NCBI GenBank assembly: GCA_052426225.1
Contig: JBNJNM010000021.1
Coordinates: forward strand, 1,116,001 to 1,180,000
DNA: 64,000 nucleotides
Reading direction: 5' to 3'
DNA from: Zancudomyces culisetae HAW-14-8
Lineage: Eukaryota > Fungi > Kickxellomycota
The stretch's first letter is position 1; each line of letters starts with the position of its first letter. The notes under the pieces are model-generated. The model was given only the letters and a program-made list of their open reading frames with translations, was not told where the DNA came from and did not search any database. The translations under genes and the position numbers were made by a program. Below are positions 33,644 through 45,314 of this stretch, one piece after another.

Positions 33644-36600
33644 TTAAGGCTGAGCTCCGTGAAGCATTTGTGTTGGCTTTGGTTTTTCAGGATGGTGACG
33701 ATGGAATTCAGTGACAAGATATTTTGCATTTGCTAAGTCAGAATATGTTTGCCAGGTACGTTCAGTGTCTGGGTATCCTTTCCAGTGTACCAGGTATTTG
33801 ACAGTTCTACCAAATATTTTACTATCTAGGATTTTCTCAACTTCATATTCTTCTTGACCATCAATGATCACAGGTGGAAGCGGTTTTGATAGTCTGTCTG
33901 GGATCAGATCTGGTTTACAAGGTTCAAGGAGATTGACGTGGAATACTGGGTGAATCTTCATTGTGTGTGGTAGCTGAAGTTTGTATGATCTTTGTCCAAT
34001 CTTTTCCAATACTTTGAATGGACCAAGTTTCCGATAGTCAAGCTTCTTGCTTGGTCTTTGAGTCCTGATGTTTTTAGTTGAGAGATAGACAATATCACCA
34101 ATGTTGAAGTCAGGTTGTGATGATACTTTTCGGTTGTAGTATTTCTCATGGTCTTCAAGGGCAAGGGAGATGTTAAACTTCAGTTCTTGATGGATATCAG
34201 ATAGTCGTTTGGATCTATCAGAGGAAGCAGGATTTAAAACTTGAGTACGAGGGATTATGACTGAGAAGCGTGGATGGAAGCCATAGTTTGCGTAGAAAGG
34301 TGTGGTCTTAGTAGAAGCATGAGATGTGTTGTTGTAGGCGAATTCGGCAATTGGTAACCACTTTGACCAATCAGTTTGTTGGTAATCAATGTAGCACCTG
34401 AGATACTGTTCCAATACAGAGTTTACGCGTTCAGTTTGTCCATCTGTCTGAGGATGGAATGCGGTGGACATTTTCTGTTCAATATTCAGTGATTTCATTA
34501 GAGTACGCATGAATGATGAATTGAAGGTCACACCTCTATCAGATACGATGTCTTTAGGGAGCCCATGTTTGCAGAAGACATGTTGGATAAATAGATCTGC
34601 AGTACCTTCAGCATCAATTTCATTGGTTGTGGGAACAAAATGCGCCATCTTGGTAAGGCGATCCACAAATACACAGATTGCAGTAAAGTTATTGGATGGA
34701 GGTAGCTGAGTGATGAAGTCGACAGAAACAGATGACCAAGGTGAATCAGGAACGGGAAGTGGAGCGAGGTAGCCATATGGTTTATGGCGAGAGGATTTGT
34801 TGCGTTGACAGGTATCGCAACCAGAGATGTAGTCTTTGATATATTTTCTCATGGTTGGCCAGTAAAAGTTGCGAGATACAAGTTCGTATGTCTTTGCATT
34901 TCCAAAGTGGCCGGCAGCAGGGGAATCATGGCATTCAATCAGAATTGTTCTTTTGATGTTGTCGTCTGAGGGGATACAGATTAGTCCATCATAGTGCAGA
35001 AGATTGTCAACAAGAGCGAACTTTTCATGGGAATCAGGTTTCTTGGATAAGTCAGTGTAAATGGGTCCAAAGTACGTGTCTTTGGGTTGTAGTGACTTGA
35101 TGTTGTTCATGAGCGTGGAGGACAAAGGTTCAACAGGTGTACTAGTCATGGACTTCAAGAAGATTTCAGGAGGCAGCAAAGTTATTTTGTTTTGGTCAGT
35201 ACGGGAGTCACCCCCCTTCCAAGGTTGGTCTTTCCGAGAAAGAGCATCGGCGGCAGTGTTCTGTTTTCCAGGGCGGTACTTGATGACAAAGTTGAAGTTA
35301 CTGAGGTATTCTGACCATCTGACTTGGCGGCGACTAAGATTTCTGGTAGTGGAGAAGTATTCCAAGTTTTTATGGTCGGTCATAACAACGGTTGGGTGTA
35401 CAGAAAATTCAAGGTAGTGACGCCAGTGAGCAAAAGCGTCGATAATTGCTAACAGTTCCTTATCATAGATTTGATAATTCACTTCAGCAGGCAGGAGTTT
35501 CCGGGAGTAGTATGCAACAGGGTGGAGTTGTCCCTCGTTGTCATACTGGCTGCAAATGGCACCTAATGCAAAATCTGATGCATCGGTTTCGATGATACAA
35601 GGCTGGTCAGGATTGTAGTGAGCTAAGACTGGGTTACTGATCATGGTTTCTTTTAGCAAGGCGAAAGCTTCTTCAGCTTTGGGTGTCCACTGGAATTGGA
35701 CACCTTTTTTCAACAAGGCGGTGAGCGGCAGAGATATCTTGGAGTAGTTTAGAATAAAACGGCGGTAGAAGTTTGTAAGGCCAAGGAATACCTGAACGTC
35801 ACGGACACAAGTTGGTGTCTTCCATTCGGTGACGCTGGATACTTTTGATGGATCCATAGAGATTCCGTTGGGGCCAATTACAAAACCGAGGAACTGTACT
35901 GATTGTACATCAAACTCACATTTCTCTAGCTTGAGGGTGAGATTGTGTTCCTGAAGCTTCTTCAAGACAAGGCAGACGTGGTCATAGTGCTTATCGATAT
36001 CATCTGAGTAGATTAACAGATCATCGATGTACACAACAAGGAATTGATCAATGTATTCACGGAAGAGATCGTTAACAAAGGACTGGAACGTGGCTGGAGC
36101 ATTCATAAGGCCAAACGGCATGACCTTATACTCGAAGTGGCCGTAGCGTGTACGAAACGCGGTCTTCCATTCTTCACCAGGCGAGATCCTGATCATGTGG
36201 TATGCGGATTTCATATCCAGCTTGGTGAATATCTTGGCTTTGCCAAGCCGATCCAAGGTTTCAGAGATGAGTGGCAAGGCTGCACGGTTGGGGACAGTGA
36301 TCTTATTCAGGGCTCTATAGTCGACGCACAACCGGAGACTACCATCTTTCTTTTTTACAAATAGGACGGGAGCCCCAGCCGGGGATTCAGAGCGTTGGAT
36401 AAAACCATTGGCTAGGTTTTCCTGAATGTAGTCGTACAGGGTCTTTAGTTCCAATTGGGAGAGGTTGTACAATGGGCCATATGGTATCTTTGAGTCAGGA
36501 AGCAAAGGAATGGTATGATCATATGGACGATGTTCAGGCAGTTTGGCAGATTGGGATTCAGAGAAGACAGATTCAAACATTTTATACTTTTCAGGGATTA

Positions 36601-37222
36601 CAGGAGTTACAGGGTTTTCAGGATTAGATTCAGAGACAAGACAGAGATTTTCACAGGATTCAGGAGCTACAAGGGATTCAAGATTGTTCACGGTAATTGC
36701 ACCAGCATAGACAGTGTCTGGTGCCTTCAGATGTTCTTTAAACTGGTTTGAGCCCACAAGAGATATGTCTAGGTTGACATGGTTGGGCCCACAAGAAGTC
36801 AAGGTACAAGGCAGATGGACTATGTTCTCAGTCCAGTTGATGTCAGGATTGTGTTGTTGAAGCCAGGAAAGACCAAGGATGATTGGTGAAGATCCAAGAT
36901 CTAGTTGTTGCAGATAGATACTTTCGAGATGGTTATCATTGATTTTTAGTGTTACTTGGGAGGCAGAGTTGGATCTAAGCTTTGATCCGTCAGCGAGAGT
37001 GATTGTCATTTTTCTAGATATAGATGGGAGATTGTTTTTTAGAGCAAAGGTGGCGTCAATGAACGAGGACGAAGCACCAGAATCAACCATAGCGTAGGTT
37101 TTGATGTGGTGGTGCTTGGACAAGATGGTTACAGGAATGGTCAAGGTGTTTGGTTTATCAGGAGATTGGGTGTCAGAAACAGGAGTGGTTACAGTGGCGT
37201 GGGGACTGGCTAAGTTGCCCAA
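33644..37222 (-). CDS. Pol with chromodomain, chromovirus F
   Basis: 1192 aa, two residues different from E by eye; slippery site at 37255-37261. Confidence 0.95.
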   Translation of the reverse strand: MGNLASPHATVTTPVSDTQSPDKPNTLTIPVTILSKHHHIKTYAMVDSGASSSFIDATFALKNNLPSISRKMTITLADGSKLRSNSASQVTLKINDNHLESIYLQQLDLGSSPIILGLSWLQQHNPDINWTENIVHLPCTLTSCGPNHVNLDISLVGSNQFKEHLKAPDTVYAGAITVNNLESLVAPESCENLCLVSESNPENPVTPVIPEKYKMFESVFSESQSAKLPEHRPYDHTIPLLPDSKIPYGPLYNLSQLELKTLYDYIQENLANGFIQRSESPAGAPVLFVKKKDGSLRLCVDYRALNKITVPNRAALPLISETLDRLGKAKIFTKLDMKSAYHMIRISPGEEWKTAFRTRYGHFEYKVMPFGLMNAPATFQSFVNDLFREYIDQFLVVYIDDLLIYSDDIDKHYDHVCLVLKKLQEHNLTLKLEKCEFDVQSVQFLGFVIGPNGISMDPSKVSSVTEWKTPTCVRDVQVFLGLTNFYRRFILNYSKISLPLTALLKKGVQFQWTPKAEEAFALLKETMISNPVLAHYNPDQPCIIETDASDFALGAICSQYDNEGQLHPVAYYSRKLLPAEVNYQIYDKELLAIIDAFAHWRHYLEFSVHPTVVMTDHKNLEYFSTTRNLSRRQVRWSEYLSNFNFVIKYRPGKQNTAADALSRKDQPWKGGDSRTDQNKITLLPPEIFLKSMTSTPVEPLSSTLMNNIKSLQPKDTYFGPIYTDLSKKPDSHEKFALVDNLLHYDGLICIPSDDNIKRTILIECHDSPAAGHFGNAKTYELVSRNFYWPTMRKYIKDYISGCDTCQRNKSSRHKPYGYLAPLPVPDSPWSSVSVDFITQLPPSNNFTAICVFVDRLTKMAHFVPTTNEIDAEGTADLFIQHVFCKHGLPKDIVSDRGVTFNSSFMRTLMKSLNIEQKMSTAFHPQTDGQTERVNSVLEQYLRCYIDYQQTDWSKWLPIAEFAYNNTSHASTKTTPFYANYGFHPRFSVIIPRTQVLNPASSDRSKRLSDIHQELKFNISLALEDHEKYYNRKVSSQPDFNIGDIVYLSTKNIRTQRPSKKLDYRKLGPFKVLEKIGQRSYKLQLPHTMKIHPVFHVNLLEPCKPDLIPDRLSKPLPPVIIDGQEEYEVEKILDSKIFGRTVKYLVHWKGYPDTERTWQTYSDLANAKYLVTEFHRHHPEKPKPTQMLHGAQP

Positions 37223-37239
37223 TAGGTGTCCCTTACTGT

Positions 37240-38460
37240 CTACTGGGCGGTGTCGTTTTCCTGTGTTGGTGTAATGCTGGAGATGTTGTGGCGTTTCTTT
37301 GGACAGTTGATGTTGAAATGGTCATTACCGCCACAATAGAGACAGAGGTTGTTTTCGATACGGTATGCTCTTTGAGCAGGAGTAAGTGGTGGTCTTCTAG
37401 TCGATGAAGCGGTACTGAGATCCATTGGTTGAGGTCCATCACTATTAGCTGGTGGAGTGGTAGATGGTGCAGAAACAGGTGAAGCAAACGGGTTGTAAGC
37501 AGTGGGTTTGGGTGGCATAGTTGCAGTGGGGTTAACTGGAGGTTGACGACGTTGTGGATGGCTGAAGAGGCGGTTGTCGATCTGGATGGCTGTAGAGATC
37601 AGGGTATCGATGTCTTCTATTGGTTCTCTACGGTTGAGTTCTTGGGATACGTTGTACTTGAGACCGGATAGAAACTGTGAGATAAGTGGTGGTTGGTTCC
37701 AGTCAATTAACATCTGTAGGCGTCTAAACTCGGTGGCATATGCGGCAACGGAAGTGGTTTGGCGGAGTTGGCGGATTGCCCTATCAGCATTCTCAATAGG
37801 GTTGGGATCACCAAAGGCACGAGTGATAGTTTCTTTAAACAGATTGTAGTTGGAGAGGATGGCAGGACGGTCAGACTCTGGAAGGTTTGCTTTCATGAGG
37901 TAAGGTTCCATGTAACTGAATGGTGTGCCTGAGAGGTAGGAGATGGCATACAAGACTTTACTTGAGTCAGTGTTGAATTTGTCGGGTGAAGCGGCAAAGA
38001 CGAGAGCAAGCTGTGAAAAGAAGTTGGAACAGGCGGAGGGTTTTCCTGAAAATGTGTCTGGGTGTCTTACTTTGATACTAGGTTCAGAAGTACTAGCAAC
38101 TTTGGTGGCACGGTTTTCAGTTATATAAAGTATGACTTCGTTCCTGAGGGTACTGAGCTGGTCCTGAAGGGATTGGATTTCCAACTGGTTGGCCTGTATG
38201 GCGCTTTGGGTTAGCTGGTCTGAATTCTGGATATCGGACTGGAGGTTTTTCATGGAGTCAAGAATGGTCTGGATGGACTTGGTGGTGTCTGCTTTGACCT
38301 TGTCATAAATTTTCTTGGATACTGTGGCAGGGTGTTCCTTGATGGCAGACTCGGCTTTTTCTACTCTTATTAGTAGTTGCTGGAGGGCGTCTTCAACTGC
38401 TGGCAGGGTCACGGCGGCTTTGTTGAGGAATTCAACTTGTTCTGGGCTAAACGGTTCCAT
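37240..38460 (-). CDS. Gag of chromovirus F
   Basis: 406 aa; retrotransposon gag core, PMDL motif, CCHC knuckle. Confidence 0.95.
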   Translation of the reverse strand: MEPFSPEQVEFLNKAAVTLPAVEDALQQLLIRVEKAESAIKEHPATVSKKIYDKVKADTTKSIQTILDSMKNLQSDIQNSDQLTQSAIQANQLEIQSLQDQLSTLRNEVILYITENRATKVASTSEPSIKVRHPDTFSGKPSACSNFFSQLALVFAASPDKFNTDSSKVLYAISYLSGTPFSYMEPYLMKANLPESDRPAILSNYNLFKETITRAFGDPNPIENADRAIRQLRQTTSVAAYATEFRRLQMLIDWNQPPLISQFLSGLKYNVSQELNRREPIEDIDTLISTAIQIDNRLFSHPQRRQPPVNPTATMPPKPTAYNPFASPVSAPSTTPPANSDGPQPMDLSTASSTRRPPLTPAQRAYRIENNLCLYCGGNDHFNINCPKKRHNISSITPTQENDTAQ

Positions 38461-41400
38461 AGTTAAAATACTTAGGCTGGTGTCAGAAAATAATAAATAT
38501 AATATTTTGATCTAGTATAGTGTCAAGATCTGGAGTCAGGAGAGTTATATTTATTATTATTAATGTTTATTGTATGAATGTATACAAGATACTAGATACT
38601 GAATCCAAGACAGGAAAATTGTACCCTTTTTATACTTTTTTCCAGCCTTGGTTTTTGAACAAAATCACTATGAAAACTGCGGAATAGCTAAAAATGCAAG
38701 TTAAAGTAAAACGTGTTTGATTACTAATCAAATTGGATTAGTAATCAAACAAAAATCAAACTCGAATGCTAATAAAATTAAACATGTGAAAATTATTACG
38801 TAAGAAAAATTAATAAATAATGTGAATTTTCGGTAATGTTCTAGAATGTTGGGGAACATTCTAAACATTACTGCGGAATAAAATCAGATGATTCTAGAAC
38901 GTTTTTGAACATTCTAGAATCAGTTCATGACACCTAGACAATCCGTCAGCTGGGTTGTTCCTTCCAGGTAAGTGTTCAATATCATAATCGTAGTTGCGCA
39001 AGATCATGGCCCACCTTGCAATTCTACCAGTCAATTCTGTTCCATTAAATATTTGAATTAAAGACTTATGATCAGTCCTGATGATAAATTTCCGACCCCA
39101 AACATAAAATTTAAATTTTTTTACAGCCCAAATAACGGCTAAAGCTTCTAAGTGACTAATAGCATAATTCTTTTCTGCCTTATTTGTAGATCGACTTGCG
39201 AACTCTATAAAACTTCTGTACCATTTTTAAATTGAGACAATACTGCTCCTATACCGATTATTGAAGCATCAGTGGTAATTACGAACTGCTGAGACCAATT
39301 CGGAAATCCTAAAATAGGTGCCGTAATAAGCTTTTATTTCAATTTATCAAGAGCGGCTTGCTGTTCATTCTTCCACTCCCATATACTTTCCTTTCTTAAC
39401 AATAAATTTAAAGGTGCTGTGATAAACGTATATCCTTGAATATACTTGCGGTAATAGCCGGTTAAACCCAAAATTGACTGCAGTTCTTTGACACATTTGG
39501 GTGGTTGTATTTGCTTTATGGACTCAATCTTAGATGGACTAGTTCCAATTCCTTTATCTGAAACTACATGTCCTAAATATTCAAGCTTTCGTTGTCCAAT
39601 AACACATTTATCTTTATGTAGCTGAATATTGTTCTTACGCAATAACATAAATACTTCCTTTAAATCTTCATGTGTTGAGTTATATTTTTTGAATAAATAA
39701 TAATATCATCGACGAATATAACGGCTTTTTTCCACAACACATCTTTTAAAACTACTTCCATTGCCCGTTGAAAAGTTGCAGGACTATTAGTGAGTCCAAA
39801 GGGCATCACATTATATTGATAACTGCCACCGCCTGGAATTGAAAATGCAGTTTTACATTTATCAGCTTCTCTCATCCTTATCTGCCAGAATCCACTAAGC
39901 GCATCAAGAGAAGTGAATATAGTGGATCCAGATAAGGCCATAAACAAATCATCTATGATTGGTAATGGATATGAGTCCTTTCGAGTTACCGCATTCAGTT
40001 TTCGATAATCTGCACAAACTCGTAGTTTGCCATTTTTCTTGTGTACAACAACCACCGGTGCACACCATTCAGATATACACGACGATATTACACCGCGCTT
40101 CTCCATTTCGTCTAACTCCTTTCTTACTTGCTCTTGCATCTGCTGAGGCATACGATTAGGTCTAAGTTTAATAGGAGTCGAGTCAATAAGTTCAATTTTA
40201 TGTTCAGTAACATTTGTTTGAGTTAATTGTGATATATCATTCACAAAAATGTCTGAAAATTCATCAAGTACATCCTCATATATTTTATCATCGTTGTTAC
40301 TTATGCCTATAGTTTTTTCTTAACACAATAAAAATATTTCTTGTTCTTCTAGTAATGTTTGTCTATTTGAATAGGTAATTAATTTAGTTGAAATTTCCGC
40401 ATAATCAATGGGAAGTCTAATCTCAGGTATCTGTAAATTAAGAGATACACGATGCTCTAGTAGCCAGTCAGATCCTAAAATAAGTACATTTTCATTTCTT
40501 TCCATAATACATAAACTCACTGGGAATGTGAATGAAGAAATCTTTAATGGTACTTGACTGATTTTTCTAAGTGTAGGATGTCGTTTACCATCAGCTGTTA
40601 CAATGACTTGTTTTTCATAGTTATCTGGGCTTAAGCCCCATTCTTCGACTAATCCCGGAGACACTACTGAACAAGACGCACCAGTATCGATAATAGCCCA
40701 TATACTTAATCCAAATATTTTAACCAACGCCTTACAATTTGAAAGTCTTTTTTCTTCCACTTCAAGTTCGTTTAATTCAGCAGTTTTATTTTTATTTATG
40801 TAATCCAGTAATTCCTTTGATAATGTGGTAGAACTATCTAAAAGTTGAAGTACGTTTACTTTGACTGTTAGTTTCTCCAATTCACTAACTAAAGAAAATG
40901 GTTTTACTAAATCGGTTGATATTGTTCCTGACACAGTTTTCAAATTTGATGTTGTTGTTTCAGAGTTAGCGTTAGTCGTTCTAACCCTAACATTTTGTGC
41001 AGTATCATCCAATCTTGGTCTTCCAACCTTGCGCGGTACTTCAATCTCCACTTCTGGTATACCCTTTCGTTTCTCAACAGCACATATTTCTCCAATGTCA
41101 TTATCCATTTCCTCTGCTAACTGTATAAAATTGATAACTTTTTCTGCTTCAACTGGTTTCTTAGTTTCCGCTTCATTTTTCTTTAACAACGGATATTCGT
41201 AACGTGCATGACCCTCTTTTTGACAGTTATAACAAATAATTTTTCTAGGTCCAAGATATCTCTGTCGACTTGATTCTACTTCTTTTAAACGTATCTCAAC
41301 TACTTCATCAACTTTATTTATTAAATTCACACTTAGATCTCCAAACATTTTTAAGAATTGGTTATATGGTTTTTGGTCTTTAACCAATTCTTTAACGTTC

Positions 41401-42432
41401 TTCCCAGATTTACTAGCCGCATTCCGGACATACTCTTTATGTGAATTATCTGAATCAGTATTTTTTTTCTTAATCTTAACTTTTGCACTGTTTTCTTCAA
41501 TGACTAACCTCGAAACAATCTCACTCCATTCCTTTAAGCTTTCCTCCTCGACAATCTTCTTGCTTTCAATACTTAAGGTACTAAGTAGCCAATCAGTTCT
41601 CAGACTACTTTCCTTAATGGTTGCACCATCCAATAACTCTTGTAACTCTAATTCCAATTCTTCAATGGTGCTAAAGTCTGCTTGATTAATTGTTCTGAGC
41701 TTTTCCCAAATCTGTGATTTAGTCTTAACATTTGCAAACTTTTGTACAAATAAGTTCACAAAAACTTCCCAACTTGTAAATAATGATTTATTCTTTTTAT
41801 ACCATATTTTCTCATTGCTGCCTAAATATAGTTTGATAAAATCAATCCAATCGTCATTAGCCCATTTAATTAACTTTGCCATAAGTCGAAATTCTTCGAT
41901 CCATTCCGCCGGATCTAACTGACTTGATGAGGAAAATACTTTAGGGACATTCATGATGATAGTTAAATTCAAATTTCTAAACTAAAAAATACTTTGAATC
42001 CTGTCGCTGACGCCACTGTTATAGCAAAACTTAGTTTTTCTATATAATTGGTGTATACAATTCTAATGATACCAAGTATATTGTATAATTAACTTTAATT
42101 TAAATACTAAATATATGTTATTGCACGATAGAATTGTATCTTTGACCAAAATTTTATTGATATTGTATAGCATAGGATTTCAAATATTTTTATACTATTT
42201 TATAATATATAATGTTCTAAATAATGATAATCTTAAAAACTGTTTGCTGTAGAAAAAATCCAGAAGGATAAAAAAAACTAGGCAAACTTGAAAATAACTT
42301 TTAACCTATAATATATATTAAACTAGTATTAATTGATAGACATAAAAATTAATAAAATTAAAGTTACTTAAGTTGTAAGAGGATATTATTATATAATGGC
42401 TAGAGGTATATCTGGCCACTATATAACAGTCT

Positions 42433-42807
42433 TGTCGTGAATTTTAAACACTGCAATTTATAATTTTTTCCCACTGGGTTTTTATTATATTGCTAAGATG
42501 GTTAGATTAAATTCACGTTACATTCCCGTAAATCCGCATGACAAAGCATTTAAGATGGATCGACAATTGAGAAAATCATCTTCAACTCGTTTATAAATTT
42601 TAATGACAGGATTTACAATTTTAGCTTATGTTTCATTTACTTGTTTCAGTTTATTATTTTTTCACATGTTATCATAAAATTTATTTGATTAAAGTATTTT
42701 AATAGGATTAAAATTTTTACTGAATTTATATATAAGGTTTAGTATTTCTTAAATATATCATCATCAGTTCTCAAATACAGTTTTACTTATACTATATTTA
42801 TACGACA
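42433..42807 (+). repeat. Solo LTR of the K family (inverted relative to K)
   Basis: Reverse-complement match to 59708-60081; TSD GTCT. Confidence 0.9.
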
Positions 42808-42810
42808 GTC

Positions 42811-43182
42811 TGTCATATAAATAGCTTTATATATATATATTAATGATATAGCAATATAAACTATCTACTATTACTTAGTATTATCTTAAACTAAATACTC
42901 TTTAAGCCTAGATGCCATATTAGATATATTGTGTGTTAGAATCCTTTATAACTAATAATTAAACTGAAAAAATCTGATAGTAAAACTCTCACAAATACCT
43001 ACCAAACCTATATAAACATACTATGATATAATTCTAAGTGGATTCAATTTTGACTGTTTAAAACTTACGTAATTTTATCCAATGTAAACTATATATATTT
43101 TAAACCCAAAATTAACTAATAAAATTTCACTAAACAACTAAATAAAAATATACATATTAGAAAATAAGGGTACTATAAGACA
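42811..43182 (-). repeat. Solo LTR related to the element A LTR
   Basis: TGTCATATA...TATAAGACA; shares AAAAATCTGATAG, AAACTCTCACAAA, GGATTCAATTTT and TTACGTAATTTTA with 2515-2880. Confidence 0.85.
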
Positions 43183-43187
43183 TGTCG

Positions 43188-43575
43188 TGTCGGAATTAAT
43201 TTTCGATTTGTCGGTCTTATCCGACTTTACTGCTTTCACTAGTATTTTGTTTATTTACTACCAGTAAACGGTAGGATCTTAGTTCTTATGTTAATATTGT
43301 TATAATATAATAAGTATATACTAAATACAAATCCGAAAATAAGATTGCTAAAAACATAGAAGAGAAAAAGCAGTGCTTAAATGCATTTTCCTCGTATATA
43401 CTAAAAATTAAAATACTATGAATAATATAATAACCATCCGAAATTAATTAATATTTGGGAAATGATGATGTACACATAGTGAAAAACCTCATAGGTGAAA
43501 AGCACTAATTAAATCATCACATCTCACTCGCTATAACCCGAGTGAGACGCCCATCTGTCGATCTTTGATGCGACA
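43188..43575. repeat. Solo LTR inserted 5 bp inside the terminus of the H 3' LTR
   Basis: TGTCGGAAT...ATGCGACA with TSD GTCG (43184-43187 and 43576-43579); removing it restores TGTCGCAATAT as at 49529. Confidence 0.85.
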
Positions 43576-43851
43576 GTCGCAATATGGGTACTGGGGGTTA
43601 CACAATTGCTCTGTAACCTTATCCCCATTTGCGCAGAATGGGGTGACACACACCCCTTTGGAGGTGTAGGAGAAAGTCTGATCCCCGACGGACTCCCTAG
43701 GCTGCTACGGATCTGTATCTGACGCACGCTAGTGGTCAGATCTTTCAAGGTCTGGGGGCTTAATACCCCAGCATCCTGATCCATGCTGCTGCCAGTACTT
43801 CTTCCGGAAGATGATGAAGTGGTACTTATTACCATCTTCTCATCTTCATAC

Positions 43852-44653
43852 TGTTATAAACAATGAGCTGCTTATAACTATGCTGTGATTAATATTCAGT
43901 ATTATTATTTATTAGGAAGAAGTAGTTATTTAGAAAAATATATTATTAGATGAGTTAATGATATATTTTTCTCTGATGTATCCCAACGGAATTTCGAAGG
44001 GTTTATATATTTTTTCATCAGAGAAATTTGCTATGAAAAAACTTAGTGATAATAATTTTTTAGTTTTAAAATTTTACTATGTAAAAATGAACTAATTTAA
44101 AGTAACTATCAAAATTGAGTTTATCAAACTTCTTGTTTGATTTATTCATGAGATTTCTTTATCGATTTTAACATGTATTTTGTTTATCGATTTTAACATG
44201 TATTTTGATTATCGAATTTTATCATGGTTTTTGGTTATCCAATTTTAACATGTATTATGTTTATCGAATTTTATCATGGTTTTTGGTTATCCAATTTTAT
44301 CATGGTTTTTGGTTATCTATTTTGCCTACGATATTGTATATCGATTTTGCCTATGATTTTGTATATCGATTTTAACATGAATTTTATAAATTTAATTATT
44401 GAAAATTTTCTTTAATTTTCTTTGTCAATTTTCCCAATAATAAATACTGTGATTTCATGGTGAATTTTGCATACATGATTCCAATGTCGGAATGGCTTAT
44501 TTGAATGTCGTAAATGAAATAATAAAATAGTTTAATTTTTTATAGAACAAAAATGTAAACTAAAATTTATGTTCCGGGAATTTGCCATTCCTAACATTTT
44601 AGGATCGATTCCAACAAAGATCCATTTTTTGGAATATATTGCCATTCCTAACA
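43852..44653. repeat. Solo LTR (802 bp) with internal ~24-bp tandem repeats, TSD CATAC
   Basis: Absent from the other H LTR; TGTTATAAAC...CCTAACA; 5-bp TSD. Confidence 0.9.
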
Positions 44654-45314
44654 CATACCCATTTGAGTAATTCATTTTTGTAGTTTCTTTGTAATTTTTT
44701 ATTATTATTACTTAGATTTTTATTTAATACGTCCGTATATTAAGACATGGATGACGCTTTCAAATTCATCCTATGTCTTTTATTTATATAAACTAACACT
44801 TTATAAATAATCACTAAGCTAACATCCATAAAAAATAATATTACTATATTAATGTTTGCGTTGAAACGTTGGTGTATGAATGTGTTGTTAACAATCATTC
44901 ATACATATCCCAACGTTTCTTGAATGAACAATGTAATTGTTCAGCAACGTGTAATTTGATCCAATACACGTTGCTATGCCGTGATACCCGGATCTCGTAT
45001 CTCGACATTCCTCCTCTTTTAATTTTAATTGTCCTCGATTAAACTACTATTTGTTGGTTGTTTGTGCAATGTTGACCCTGTAGTTCTTGCGCTTCCCGTG
45101 TATAAATTTGGTATTAGTTGGTATTCTGGATAATATTTTCAAAGTCTGTCCACATGCACTTTGTCTATGTGTCCTTCTCGATCTTCGATCTCGTATACTC
45201 CGTTTCCTAGTTTATTAGTTACTTTAAACGGTCCCACATTCCTGTGCATTGTGTACGGGTTTCTTGTCGTTGTAGCTTTTAGTACTTCATCTCCTATTTC
45301 AATAACTCGCGGTC

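Larger units (their letters stand above)
33220..38932 (-). mobile_element. Intact chromovirus copy F nested in I
   Basis: LTRs 33220-33631 and 38521-38932 (one substitution seen); perfect 5-bp TSD CCTAG. Confidence 0.97.
31437..42428 (-). mobile_element. Decayed full-length Ty3/gypsy element I (B/D-related), interrupted by chromovirus F
   Basis: 412-bp LTRs 31437-31848 and 42017-42428 (a few differences), PBS 41998-42015, TSD GTCT; ORF fragments 40320-41972, 39660-40244, 39334-39648 and 32142-33116. Confidence 0.95.

Noticed and set aside
22780-38932. Inversion of 28.5-33.2 kb mediated by the inverted near-identical copies E and F
   Set aside because: F has a perfect CCTAG TSD, element I is collinear across F with matching LTRs and TSD, and the flanks are not swapped
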